The notes under the pieces: model-generated
What the model was told of the DNA's origin: nothing
The model's input: only the letters and a program-made list of their open reading frames with translations
Databases searched by the model: none
Source: Gammaproteobacteria bacterium
Lineage (GTDB): Bacteria > Pseudomonadota > Gammaproteobacteria > Eutrophobiales > Eutrophobiaceae
NCBI GenBank assembly: GCA_965243205.1
Contig: CBDEUK010000002.1
Span: 416,001 to 480,000, forward strand
Direction of reading: 5' to 3'
Length of the DNA stretch: 64,000 nucleotides
Part shown: positions 43,167-52,644 of the stretch, piece after piece
Layout of the letters: each line of letters starts with the position of its first letter
Numbering within the stretch: the stretch's first letter is position 1
Translations under genes and position numbers: made by a program

Positions 43167-43739
43167 ATGACACCACTAATTTTAAGATTAGATATATCAG
43201 GCTCACCAGTTACCTGGATACCTTGGCAAGATGCAGTTTGTTTATACAGCCGAGATATGATCGCCTGGACCGCAGGAGAGAGTATATTTACTTTCAGGGG
43301 TGGTATTTGCCGTTTAACTGGCGAGCGTTCTACAGTCAGCATCAATTCCATTATTGCGATTAAGCGTTCTAATAAATACAACGTCAATAAGCGTATTATC
43401 CCACCACTGACTAACCGTGAATTATTCTTACGTGATGCACATTTATGCATGTATTGTGGCAATGAATTCAGTGAACGCTTGTTGACCCGAGATCATGTGA
43501 TGCCAATTTCTAAAGGCGGAAAAGATAAATGGTCGAATGTGGTGACAGCTTGTAAGCACTGTAATACTAAAAAAGGCAGTAAAACCCCTGAGCAAGCGCA
43601 TATGCCTTTGCTAGCGGTTCCTTTTGTACCAAATTGGGCTGAATACTTAGCGTTATCAAACCGTAAAATCTTAGTCGATCAAATGGATTTTCTAAAATCT
43701 CAGTTTTCTGGTCGCCCTATGCCATTCAACACTCAGTGA
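43167..43739 (+). CDS. HNH endonuclease (McrA-like HNH_5)
   Basis: LF.RD.HLCMYCG...TRDHV.P.S.GG...W.NVVTAC..CN..KG. Confidence 0.9.
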   Translation: MTPLILRLDISGSPVTWIPWQDAVCLYSRDMIAWTAGESIFTFRGGICRLTGERSTVSINSIIAIKRSNKYNVNKRIIPPLTNRELFLRDAHLCMYCGNEFSERLLTRDHVMPISKGGKDKWSNVVTACKHCNTKKGSKTPEQAHMPLLAVPFVPNWAEYLALSNRKILVDQMDFLKSQFSGRPMPFNTQ

Positions 43740-43776
43740 TGTGTTCAGTAACATAGTTATCCGTTAATATTTCTTG

Positions 43777-44952
43777 ATGACGAAAACTTACCGCTGCAGC
43801 CAGCGCATGCAGGCTGTACAAAATCCTATTATTCCAATTATTGGCAAAGCCATTAAAAATACTCCAGGCACAATTTCGCTGGCTCAAGGTGTGGTTAATT
43901 ACGATCCACCGCCATCTGTTTATAAATCAGTTGAGAAGACCATGCGAGATCGCTCAAAACAACTTTATGGTGCAGTCGAAGGTCACCCTGAGTTGTTAGA
44001 ATTGATCTCTGAAAAATTATCTGTCGAAAACAATATCAAATTAGCTGATGGCTATGGACTAATGGTCACCGCAGGTGCCAGCATGGCTTTTTTAAATGTC
44101 TTACTAGCGATTTGTGATCCTGGTGATGAGGTTGTTTTGCTCGCACCATATTATTTTAATCATGAAATGGCAGTGAATATTGTTAATTGCAAGGCAGTTA
44201 TTGTTAATACGGATGAAGAATATCAAGCTAATTTAACGGCAATCACACAAGCTATAACGTCAAAAACCAAAGCCATTGTCACTGTATCGCCGAATAATCC
44301 AACAGGCGTGGTCTATTCCAAAGAATCGTTAGTAGCTATAAACCAACTTTGTAAACAACATGGTTTGTATCATATTTCAGATGAGGCTTATGAATATTTT
44401 GTTTACGATGATGAAGCGCACTTTTCAGCTGCATCCCTAGAAAACTCATCTGAATACACCATTAGCTTATTCTCATTATCAAAAAGTTATGGCCTAGCTG
44501 GTTGGCGTATAGGTTATATGGTATTTCCTCAGCATTTATTTAAGGCCTTACAGAAAATACAAGATACAAACGTAATCTGTGCCACTCAAGTTTCACAACA
44601 AGCGGCTATAGCTTGCTTTAAAACAGGCTCTAATTACTGTAAACAGCATCTAGATTTACTAAATCAACTTCGACAACAATGCATATTAAGCTTGAAAAGC
44701 TTAGATTCTATTTGCGAATTGGTTATTCCCAAAGGTGCATTTTATATTTTCCTAAAATTACACACTGATTTAGCGGATATGGATATCGCTTTGCATCTAA
44801 TCAAAGAACATAATGTCGCCTTGCTGCCAGGTTCAACCTTCGGGGCAACAGATACAACTTATCTAAGATTATCTTACGGCGCATTATCAAAAAACGACTT
44901 ATCGGTGGCAATGGAACGACTTACTGTAGGTCTTGGTCATAGTATTAGCTGA
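43777..44952 (+). CDS. Class I/II PLP-dependent aminotransferase
   Basis: SPNNPTG, SDEAYE, SLSKSYGLAGWRIG (PLP Lys) and YLRLSY motifs. Confidence 0.92.
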   Translation: MTKTYRCSQRMQAVQNPIIPIIGKAIKNTPGTISLAQGVVNYDPPPSVYKSVEKTMRDRSKQLYGAVEGHPELLELISEKLSVENNIKLADGYGLMVTAGASMAFLNVLLAICDPGDEVVLLAPYYFNHEMAVNIVNCKAVIVNTDEEYQANLTAITQAITSKTKAIVTVSPNNPTGVVYSKESLVAINQLCKQHGLYHISDEAYEYFVYDDEAHFSAASLENSSEYTISLFSLSKSYGLAGWRIGYMVFPQHLFKALQKIQDTNVICATQVSQQAAIACFKTGSNYCKQHLDLLNQLRQQCILSLKSLDSICELVIPKGAFYIFLKLHTDLADMDIALHLIKEHNVALLPGSTFGATDTTYLRLSYGALSKNDLSVAMERLTVGLGHSIS

Positions 44953-45012
44953 ATTAACTTGATATCGATATAATCCGGCTACAATTACAAATAAATATAA
45001 GAGGAAGTCTTT

Positions 45013-45390
45013 ATGTTGCGGTTTATCTCGATAGCATTGTTATGCTTATCATTTACTTCAGCCAGCCAGGCCTACGACGAAGATGGCAACTATGCTGTGT
45101 GGGGATTAGGCAAAAAATCTTGCTTTAAATATAGTCAGGCTAGAGAAAAAAATGAATATGATGATTTCTCCAATTATATAAAAGGTTTTTTAACCGCCTA
45201 TAATATGATTGAAGAAGAAACCTATAGCATCTCTTCTGCTATGCCTTTTAAGAAAATTTTAGAGTGGCTAGACGATGAATGTGAATTAAAACAAGTACAC
45301 CCACTTGAACATGCCTTATTAGCCTTTATTGATGCTCATTATGATAAACGATTAAAAAAAGCAAAAAGTGGGAGCGGAATAGGTCGATAA
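45013..45390 (+). CDS. Hypothetical exported protein
   Basis: Signal peptide (ASQA); G.G..SC...YIKGFLTAYN...WLD..C pattern with two Cys. Confidence 0.7.
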   Translation: MLRFISIALLCLSFTSASQAYDEDGNYAVWGLGKKSCFKYSQAREKNEYDDFSNYIKGFLTAYNMIEEETYSISSAMPFKKILEWLDDECELKQVHPLEHALLAFIDAHYDKRLKKAKSGSGIGR

Positions 45391-45602
45391 TTTCAAATTT
45401 TAAATGAAATAGCATTGCTATTTAGTTGAAATTATTATATTTTCACTAAAAGTTGTTGATAATAAAGTCAATAATTTATTGTTTTATAGATATTTAGTGA
45501 CAGATTTCATTGATTAATGCTATGAAATCGTTCATTATTTTGTTGGTTTAAAGATCTGGGGAAACCTAAGCTTAGAAATCCGTTATAAATGGGAGAAACA
45601 TA

Positions 45603-45887
45603 ATGCAAACTCTAATTAAAACAACTGTACTTGCTACCTCAATCGCTTTAGTTGGCGGCTGTGCAACCATTACACCTGAACAATTCGACGCTGTTAAATC
45701 ACAAGCTGCTCAAGCTGCTGCTGATGCTAACCAAGCCCTTGGTACCGCTAACAGCGCTCTTAGCGTAGCTAACGAAGCTAATATCGCTGCTGCTGAAGCT
45801 CAATCTGCTGCAGAAACAGCTCTAGCATGTTGTAACGACAATGCTACTAAAATTGACCGTGCTTTTAGCAAAGCAATGGCAAAATAA
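45603..45887 (+). CDS. Alanine-zipper Lpp/OprI-like major outer-membrane lipoprotein
   Basis: Lipobox VGGC, Ala-rich coiled coil, KIDRAFSKAMAK C-terminus, strong RBS and GCT-biased codons. Confidence 0.85.
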   Translation: MQTLIKTTVLATSIALVGGCATITPEQFDAVKSQAAQAAADANQALGTANSALSVANEANIAAAEAQSAAETALACCNDNATKIDRAFSKAMAK

Positions 45888-45909
45888 GAAACGTTTTATA
45901 CGCTTCAAT

Positions 45910-45939
45910 AAAAAAACCTCGCCTAGGCGAGGTTTTTTT
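45910..45939. terminator. Bidirectional intrinsic terminator
   Basis: Perfect 30-bp palindrome AAAAAAACCTCGCCTAGGCGAGGTTTTTTT between convergent genes. Confidence 0.9.
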
Positions 45940-45958
45940 ATGCCAATTATAATGTCCT

Positions 45959-47071
45959 TTATTGACTCAATATCGTATCTAACCTAAGGCGAAGTTTATT
46001 TTCCTGTGCATCAATCGCCCTACTAGTAATAGTATCTAAGCTATTCAGCTTTATTTCCTCATTCGTAGAAGCAACGGATAAATTTGATACTGGTGATGCT
46101 GCTTCAACAAGCATCAAATCTTGCGAGAACCCATCTTTGCCTATTTTTTTCTTTCCAATAGCGACAGGAACGCCATTAGGCGCCGCATTCACCTGACGAA
46201 CAATATCCCAGTCAATGTCGTATTCATCTTCCCGAGTTTGTTCGATGATTAACTCAACAATAGGAGTAATATTATTTTTAAAACGCTCAGCGTCTTCTTC
46301 AAGGTAAGGATGTGCTTCTAAATAGAGAATACCTTCACGAGCACCCACCTTATATGGTTGATTGATTATCTCAACACGGGTACCAATTTTTACTTGTTGA
46401 AATAACTTTTCAATATCTTCTGGATACAATCGAATACAACCATGACTCACGCGCATTCCAATACCAAACGGCTTATTGGTACCATGAATTAAATACTCTC
46501 GTCGTCCTAAACGCATGGCATAAGCACCTAATGGGTTATCAGGCCCTGCTTCAACAATTTCAGGCAATGGATCACCTGCATTAGCATGTTCTTCAATAAT
46601 GGATTTTGGTGGATACCAATTTGGATTTGCTTTTTTCTCAACAATCTTGGTCTTCATATAAGGTGTAGACCAACCTTCCCTACCAACACCAAGTGGGTAT
46701 GTTTCAACTTGGGTTTCACCGGCTTCACCTTTAAAATAATGATACAAACGCATTTCAGGTATGTTTAATACCAAACCCGTTCGTTGTGTTTTTGGCAAAA
46801 TAAACTTGGAAGGTAATTGAATTTCATTGCCTTCACCAGGCAACCAAGTATCTACTGTGGGATTGATTAATTTAATATCTTGATAACCGAGGCCATTTGC
46901 TCTGGCAATATCGAGTAAGGTATCTTGATCACGTGAATAAGTTGTAGAAACTTCACCAATGACGGTTTCTTCTTGATTGGATAAAGTATAAATTGTGGCA
47001 TACGAAATCTGGCAAAGGCTAAATTGCATTAACCCAATCAATACACATTGGAAAAGAAACTTGATATACAC
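45959..47071 (-). CDS. L,D-transpeptidase (ErfK/YbiS/YcfS family)
   Basis: LysM-like TLLDIAR...NP..D.WLP, NIPEMRLY, GPDNPLG and IHGTN...SHGCIRL catalytic motif. Confidence 0.93.
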   Translation of the reverse strand: MYIKFLFQCVLIGLMQFSLCQISYATIYTLSNQEETVIGEVSTTYSRDQDTLLDIARANGLGYQDIKLINPTVDTWLPGEGNEIQLPSKFILPKTQRTGLVLNIPEMRLYHYFKGEAGETQVETYPLGVGREGWSTPYMKTKIVEKKANPNWYPPKSIIEEHANAGDPLPEIVEAGPDNPLGAYAMRLGRREYLIHGTNKPFGIGMRVSHGCIRLYPEDIEKLFQQVKIGTRVEIINQPYKVGAREGILYLEAHPYLEEDAERFKNNITPIVELIIEQTREDEYDIDWDIVRQVNAAPNGVPVAIGKKKIGKDGFSQDLMLVEAASPVSNLSVASTNEEIKLNSLDTITSRAIDAQENKLRLRLDTILSQ

Positions 47072-47171
47072 TGAGAGCCTATTCCTAAGTAGTTACTTTA
47101 ATTATTAAATGTTATTGTTTTTGTATACAGTAATGAAATATTTTTCTGTTCGCAAATATTTCCAGCATTTT

Positions 47172-48149
47172 ATGCAGAAAAACAGCATTATTTTTAGTTT
47201 ATTGGTTTCAATATCCGCTTGTGCGAACCAAACGATTACTGAGATTCATTTACATCGTCAATTTACAAAAGAATCTAGTAATGTAAAAGATTTTGAACTG
47301 ATATCTGTCTATCAGTTCCATAATTCTGAACAGTTTCCCTGGTTATACGAATTATCTGGTTTAGCTTGGGATTATGATGAACAAGTTTTGTATAGTGTCA
47401 CTGATAGCGGATACCTAATCGTTCTAAAGCCTTCCTTTGAGGATAATAAACTCATCGCTTTAAATATTTTAAGACATTTCCAATTAAAAAATTTTAACGA
47501 CGAGCCTTTACAAGAAATATTTAGTGATAGTGAAGGATTGGCCCTACGCAACCATAACAATAGTATTCAAGGCGATACTGAATTAGCCATATCGTTTGAA
47601 CGTAAACCACGAATTGATTTATATACAAATACAGGTGTGTTTTTAAAACAGATCTTGGATTTTAAACATCAGTTTAAAATTTATGAATTTTCATCCAGTA
47701 ACAAACAATTAGAGTCGTTAACCGAATTAAATGAAAAAAATTATGTGTATGGCTCAGAACGGCCACTAAAGCAATCTTTACCAGGTGAAATTCGATTATT
47801 TGATATTTCAAATACCATAGGAACATTCAGGTTGCATGATAAAAAATATGGCTCATTGGTTGGCCTGACTACTTTGCCTAATAATTCCTTAATTGCATTA
47901 GAAAGAGTTTTTGTAAATGTTTTTACTCCATTGCAATTTCACATACACAAAATAGAGCTAACTGAAGAAGGCGTAAAACAACAATTATTGCATTCAAGCA
48001 CGAAAGAATATGAAATTATTTCTGATAACTTCGAAGGAATTAGCCATCATAAAGATAATTATTTTTTTATGGTCTCAGATGACAATCAAAACTCTATACT
48101 AAGAACACTATTAATCTATTTTCGTTTACCTAATTTAAACGTAAAATGA
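47172..48149 (+). CDS. Esterase-like phytase-family beta-propeller lipoprotein
   Basis: Lipobox ISAC after ATG 47172; ELSGL, DSEGL and DNFEGI...VSDDN motifs. Confidence 0.75.
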   Translation: MQKNSIIFSLLVSISACANQTITEIHLHRQFTKESSNVKDFELISVYQFHNSEQFPWLYELSGLAWDYDEQVLYSVTDSGYLIVLKPSFEDNKLIALNILRHFQLKNFNDEPLQEIFSDSEGLALRNHNNSIQGDTELAISFERKPRIDLYTNTGVFLKQILDFKHQFKIYEFSSSNKQLESLTELNEKNYVYGSERPLKQSLPGEIRLFDISNTIGTFRLHDKKYGSLVGLTTLPNNSLIALERVFVNVFTPLQFHIHKIELTEEGVKQQLLHSSTKEYEIISDNFEGISHHKDNYFFMVSDDNQNSILRTLLIYFRLPNLNVK

Positions 48150-48150
48150 A

Positions 48151-48675
48151 TTACTCTTTCAAACGAGGCATTAACTCCACTAAATTACATGGACGTGTTC
48201 GATAATCTAATTGAAAGTTAATAATATTATCCCAGGCATCAGCGCATGCACTTTTTGAACCTGGCAAGCAAAAAATAAAAGTACGATTTGCTACGCCAGC
48301 AATCGCTCTGGACTGAATTGTTGAGGTTTTAATTTTTTCATAGGAAATCGCTCGAAATATTTCCCCGAAACCATCTATGGTTTTATCAAATAACACACTG
48401 GCAGCTTCTGGGGTTCCATCCCTCCCTGTTATTCCAGTACCTCCAGTCGATATAATCGCATCTACATCTGAATCTGCTATCCAATCTGATAATACTTTAC
48501 GTATTTGATATGTATCGTCTTTGACAATTTGTTTGGATGATAAAATATGTCCAGCATCAGTTATGCGTTTTACTATTAATTTTCCAGAAGTATCATCTTT
48601 TTCTGTTCGACTATCAGAAACAGTAAGCACGCATATATTTAAAGGCTTGAATTGTCTTTCATTCTGTTCGGCCAT
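48151..48675 (-). CDS. moaB: Molybdenum cofactor biosynthesis protein B
   Basis: LTVSDSR...D.SG, TGGTG.TGRD.TPEA, LPGS and RPCNLV motifs. Confidence 0.93.
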   Translation of the reverse strand: MAEQNERQFKPLNICVLTVSDSRTEKDDTSGKLIVKRITDAGHILSSKQIVKDDTYQIRKVLSDWIADSDVDAIISTGGTGITGRDGTPEAASVLFDKTIDGFGEIFRAISYEKIKTSTIQSRAIAGVANRTFIFCLPGSKSACADAWDNIINFQLDYRTRPCNLVELMPRLKE

Positions 48676-48736
48676 TGATTTACCTATTTAATAATTTATG
48701 ATCTATATATTCTGTGAAATTATTTTACATCGTACT

Positions 48737-49141
48737 ATGACTGAAAAAAATGAAAATAATACTATTCGTTTAGATAAATGGCTTTGGTGTGCCCGATTTT
48801 ACAAAACACGCAGTCTGGCTGCTGAATCGATCAAGTCAGGGAAAATAAAAATAAATGGTGATAAAGCAAAACCATCAAAATTGGTATCAATAAACGATAA
48901 TTTATTCATTCGTAAAGAATCATTTAACTACGATATTACTGTATTAGGAATACCAAAAAACCGTCTATCTGCAAGTCTAGCAATTGAGCTGTATGAAGAG
49001 ACACAGGATAGCATTGATCTCAGAGAGCAATTAACTGCCCAAATAAAGGCAGAATCTAAACTTTATCCAAGAAGCTTGGGTAGGCCTACCAAACGCGATC
49101 GACGACAAATTGTACGTTTTAAAACTGGCGAGAAAATATAA
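48737..49141 (+). CDS. hslR: Ribosome-associated heat shock protein Hsp15 (S4 domain)
   Basis: RLDKWLW.ARFYKTRSLA and GRPTKRDRR motifs. Confidence 0.92.
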   Translation: MTEKNENNTIRLDKWLWCARFYKTRSLAAESIKSGKIKINGDKAKPSKLVSINDNLFIRKESFNYDITVLGIPKNRLSASLAIELYEETQDSIDLREQLTAQIKAESKLYPRSLGRPTKRDRRQIVRFKTGEKI

Positions 49142-49572
49142 TGTCAATTGCTATCATTTTTATCGTCAACTTAATATTAATATCATTATGTTTGCTCGTA
49201 CATTATGAAATGTTTTCTCATTTAAATAATTTTTTAAATATTTTAAACATCAGGCATAGAGCTAAAGTATTTTGGTCTATGATTATTGTGGTTATTACTC
49301 ACGTGATTGAAGTATGGATATTTGCTATCGCGTTTTATTTGACAGCGGCTTATGAAAATTTAGGTGGATTTACCGGCAACTTAAAACATCAATTACTCGA
49401 TTATGTTTATTATTCCTTTGTTACTTATACTTCTTTAGGTTTAGGCGATATTATACCAACTGGTTCTATGCGTTTTTTAACTGGAATAGAGTCATTAGTA
49501 GGATTAGTGCTAATAGCTTGGTCTGCCTCATTTATGTATTTTCAAATGCAACAATTTTGGCAAAAAAACTAA
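49141..49572 (+). CDS. Small two-TM/pore ion-channel-domain protein
   Basis: YYSFVTYTSLGLGDI.P pore loop (non-canonical filter). Confidence 0.8.
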   Translation: MSIAIIFIVNLILISLCLLVHYEMFSHLNNFLNILNIRHRAKVFWSMIIVVITHVIEVWIFAIAFYLTAAYENLGGFTGNLKHQLLDYVYYSFVTYTSLGLGDIIPTGSMRFLTGIESLVGLVLIAWSASFMYFQMQQFWQKN

Positions 49573-50942
49573 TTTTTTTGAACAAAACCATTCTTCTTTT
49601 CTAATAAGAATGCATAAAGTGTCATCGAAACTGTTCTAGCAAGTTGAAAACAAATGAATGCCAACCATAAACCATGATTATCGAGTGTTTGTGAAAAATA
49701 CCAAACAGGGAAAAAAATTAAAAAAGTTGAGAAGACCATACTATTTCTCATTTCCATCGCTTTTCTAGCACCCGTAAAAACACCATCCCAAACATAACTC
49801 CATACTGAAATCATCGTCGCTAATAAAACCCAAACCAAATATTTTTCTGCTATGATTTGAACATTAGTAATTGAAGTCATTGCATTGATTAAATGCCCGC
49901 CAAACATTCCATATAAAATAGTAATTACTATTGCAAACAAACCACTCCATAACATCGAGAGTAAAACAGAATTCCAAAATAAAGAATGTTTTTTTTCTCC
50001 AATCGCTTTACCTGAAAGTACTTCAGAAGCAATAGCAAAGCCATCTAATGTTAACGCCATTAATAAATAAAAATTCTTTAATATTGCATTTGCAGCAAGT
50101 ACTTCATCACTTTGACCAGCACCTTGATGTATAAAAAAACTAAACACAAATATCAAACTCAGCGTCCTTAAAAATAAATTATGATTGACGCTCAGCATTT
50201 CAAAAATGCTCTCTATATCGAAAAGTTGTGAACGTTGCCATGAACCAGGGTGTTTTTTTAGTGTGCAAAGACATAACCACAATGAAACAAACATTCCTGC
50301 GTATTGAGCTATTACCGTAGCTAACGCTACACCCTGAACTTCCATATTCAATTCAATAACAAAAATTAAATCTAATATGATATTTAATATATTGATAAAT
50401 ACAGAAATCAATAATGTAGCTTTGGCATTATGCATTCCCAGCAACCAACCTGTGATCACTAGATTAATTAATATTGCAGGAATAGCCCATATTGCAATAT
50501 CAAAATATCGATTTGCATGAAATTTAACTTCCGTACTTCCATTTAAAATGGAAAAGCATATGTTCGAGATGAATGTTTGAAATAGTAAAACAAATAAAGA
50601 CAATGTTAGAGCTAAAATAATCGCATGCCCTAAACTACTGCGAATAAGATCGGTTTTATTTGCGCCAAAATGCTGAGCAACAATCCCTGTTGTCCCCATG
50701 CGTAGAAATGACAGACCCCAATATAATAAATTAAATATCACCATCGCCAATGTAACACCGCCTAGATAATAAGGTTGATCTAGATGGCCTACGACAGCAG
50801 TATCGACAATGCCTAATAGTGCAATGGTTATATTTGATAACATAATCGGTCCAGCTAAACGCCAGAGCGATTTATGTTGTTCGATAGAAAACTGCAAGTA
50901 AGAAATAATCTTTAAGAAGTGAAGTTTAAAGAAACTTCCCAA
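49569..50942 (-). CDS. MATE efflux transporter (DinF-like); start uncertain
   Basis: LAGPIMLSNIT..LLG.VDTAVVGH and FLRMGTTG motifs; 12 TM. Confidence 0.9.
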   Translation of the reverse strand: MGSFFKLHFLKIISYLQFSIEQHKSLWRLAGPIMLSNITIALLGIVDTAVVGHLDQPYYLGGVTLAMVIFNLLYWGLSFLRMGTTGIVAQHFGANKTDLIRSSLGHAIILALTLSLFVLLFQTFISNICFSILNGSTEVKFHANRYFDIAIWAIPAILINLVITGWLLGMHNAKATLLISVFINILNIILDLIFVIELNMEVQGVALATVIAQYAGMFVSLWLCLCTLKKHPGSWQRSQLFDIESIFEMLSVNHNLFLRTLSLIFVFSFFIHQGAGQSDEVLAANAILKNFYLLMALTLDGFAIASEVLSGKAIGEKKHSLFWNSVLLSMLWSGLFAIVITILYGMFGGHLINAMTSITNVQIIAEKYLVWVLLATMISVWSYVWDGVFTGARKAMEMRNSMVFSTFLIFFPVWYFSQTLDNHGLWLAFICFQLARTVSMTLYAFLLEKKNGFVQKN

Positions 50943-51523
50943 TCACCATCAAAAAACTTATCTTTTAATGGGCTACGCTGACGATCTGCCAGTTCACGTT
51001 CCTTTTGTTCTTCGTTCATTTTTTCAACCGCTAATTGATAACCTATGGAAATCATAGATAACATTGTGAATTGCTCAGGTATGTTAAATTCCTTCCTTGC
51101 TTTTTCTGGATCATAACCACCCATTTGATGCACCATTAATCCAAGTTCTGTAGCTTGGATACTTAAACTCATTGAGGCAGCCCCTGTATCGAATTCACCC
51201 CAACGATTTGGTTTTCCATTTTTTGATAGAATAGTATCTCCTACACCTAACATTAATACTTGTGCATCTTTAGCCCAACCTTGATTACCTTCCATTAAAC
51301 AATTAAATGCTTTTTGCCATGCATCAGGGTTTGTTTGCTTATTACATACAATAAAACGCCAAGGTTCATCACCAAAACATGAAGGAGCCCATCGAGCCGC
51401 TTCTAATAAAGATTGTATTGATGCTTCATCAACAATTTTTTCTGGGTCATAGGCTCGACCACTCCATCGATTAGCTAAAACATTATTTATTGGTACTGAA
51501 GTAGACGCTTTTTTTTCAAACAT
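50912..51523 (-). CDS. Nitroreductase-family flavoprotein
   Basis: RWSGRAY, EAARWAPS..G.EPWRF and DTGAA...HQMGG motifs. Confidence 0.92.
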   Translation of the reverse strand: MFEKKASTSVPINNVLANRWSGRAYDPEKIVDEASIQSLLEAARWAPSCFGDEPWRFIVCNKQTNPDAWQKAFNCLMEGNQGWAKDAQVLMLGVGDTILSKNGKPNRWGEFDTGAASMSLSIQATELGLMVHQMGGYDPEKARKEFNIPEQFTMLSMISIGYQLAVEKMNEEQKERELADRQRSPLKDKFFDGDWEVSLNFTS

Positions 51524-51547
51524 ATATTGATATCTCTTTAGTTTGTG

Positions 51548-52171
51548 TTAGATGTAAATTTTTAAAATTTCATTTTCTATCTTTGTTCGGTATTCTACTA
51601 AAGCTTTGTTACCACCTTCTATACATTCACCCGACGAAAGGTTAAATACCCATTGATGTTTTGGACAAGTAATACAATCACCTGAAGCGTCTTCAAGTTG
51701 TAAAGGTGTATTGTTGTGAGGACATTTTGCTTCATATACTGTAAAAAGATCATTTTCTTTATTGACAAAAATATTTACGCCATTAATTGTAAAATAATTA
51801 ATTCCATCATTAATTGAAGAAAGACTTGAAACATCATACCATTGAGCTTTATCTTTCAAATTTTCAGGTGCAAATTCAGACAAACCCATTTCTGAAATTT
51901 GCTCAACTGCCCAAATAATCTTACTCAAACCTAAGGTTGGAAATGCCACTAACAAAGCATCAATGATTTCATTAGCTGAATTACCTTCTTTTAAAGCACG
52001 TTTAACATATTGACGAAAACCCTTTTCAGTTTGCTTGTCGACTTTTGTAATCACTGAAATTAGAAATCGAGTTTTATCATCTAAATGTTCTGCTGATTTA
52101 CTAAGAAAAGTAAAATATGCTTCTACAGCTTCTGGACGTATTTCTTTCAAATAATTTATAGCATCACTCAT
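51548..52171 (-). CDS. Carboxymuconolactone decarboxylase (CMD)-like domain fused to a Rieske [2Fe-2S] domain
   Basis: N-terminal LD.KTR.LIS...RAL.EG.S..EI.DA helices; C-terminal CPH...CPKH.W.F Rieske ligands. Confidence 0.8.
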   Translation of the reverse strand: MSDAINYLKEIRPEAVEAYFTFLSKSAEHLDDKTRFLISVITKVDKQTEKGFRQYVKRALKEGNSANEIIDALLVAFPTLGLSKIIWAVEQISEMGLSEFAPENLKDKAQWYDVSSLSSINDGINYFTINGVNIFVNKENDLFTVYEAKCPHNNTPLQLEDASGDCITCPKHQWVFNLSSGECIEGGNKALVEYRTKIENEILKIYI

Positions 52172-52637
52172 TTCCTACACCATCATCTTTAGTCCAATTT
52201 CCAGGTTTCATTTTTATAATTATCTCTTGCTCAGAATTTGCATATATATCATTCATATCAAAATCTTCAGATATTTTTTCATAGTCATTATGAATAAACA
52301 TGATCTTAAAATTAGGATCGGCTGCCACGGGTAGTTTTTCTGATTTAGTGAATAAAAAAGTATTGTATTCTGTTTTATGAAAAGGAAAGTATGCAGAGAC
52401 AATATCTTTCTTTTTTCCTTCTCTTTCTTGACAAATATCATTATTGCGATGTCTATAACATCTGATATGAGCTGAAAATATAGGAGCACCTGTCTCTTTA
52501 TCAACAGTTTTAAAATGTAAAATTGAAAAATCCAATACTTTTTTTGGCTTTACTCCAAACAAAGCAAAATAATCCGCAGCGACTAACAGCAAAACCAAAA
52601 CAGCCAACACACCTATATATTTAAAAAATTTAATCAT
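52164..52637 (-). CDS. Hypothetical membrane-anchored protein
   Basis: One N-terminal TM, then D.ETG.PI..A motif with two Cys. Confidence 0.6.
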   Translation of the reverse strand: MIKFFKYIGVLAVLVLLLVAADYFALFGVKPKKVLDFSILHFKTVDKETGAPIFSAHIRCYRHRNNDICQEREGKKKDIVSAYFPFHKTEYNTFLFTKSEKLPVAADPNFKIMFIHNDYEKISEDFDMNDIYANSEQEIIIKMKPGNWTKDDGVGNE

Positions 52638-52644
52638 TACTTTA

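Noticed and set aside
43058-43462. 134-aa minus-strand ORF
   Set aside because: Antisense shadow of the HNH gene with no recognisable motif.
42215-43739. mazG plus HNH nuclease as an anti-phage defence module
   Set aside because: MazG is the two-domain housekeeping type, the genes are divergent, and no other defence or mobility genes are nearby.
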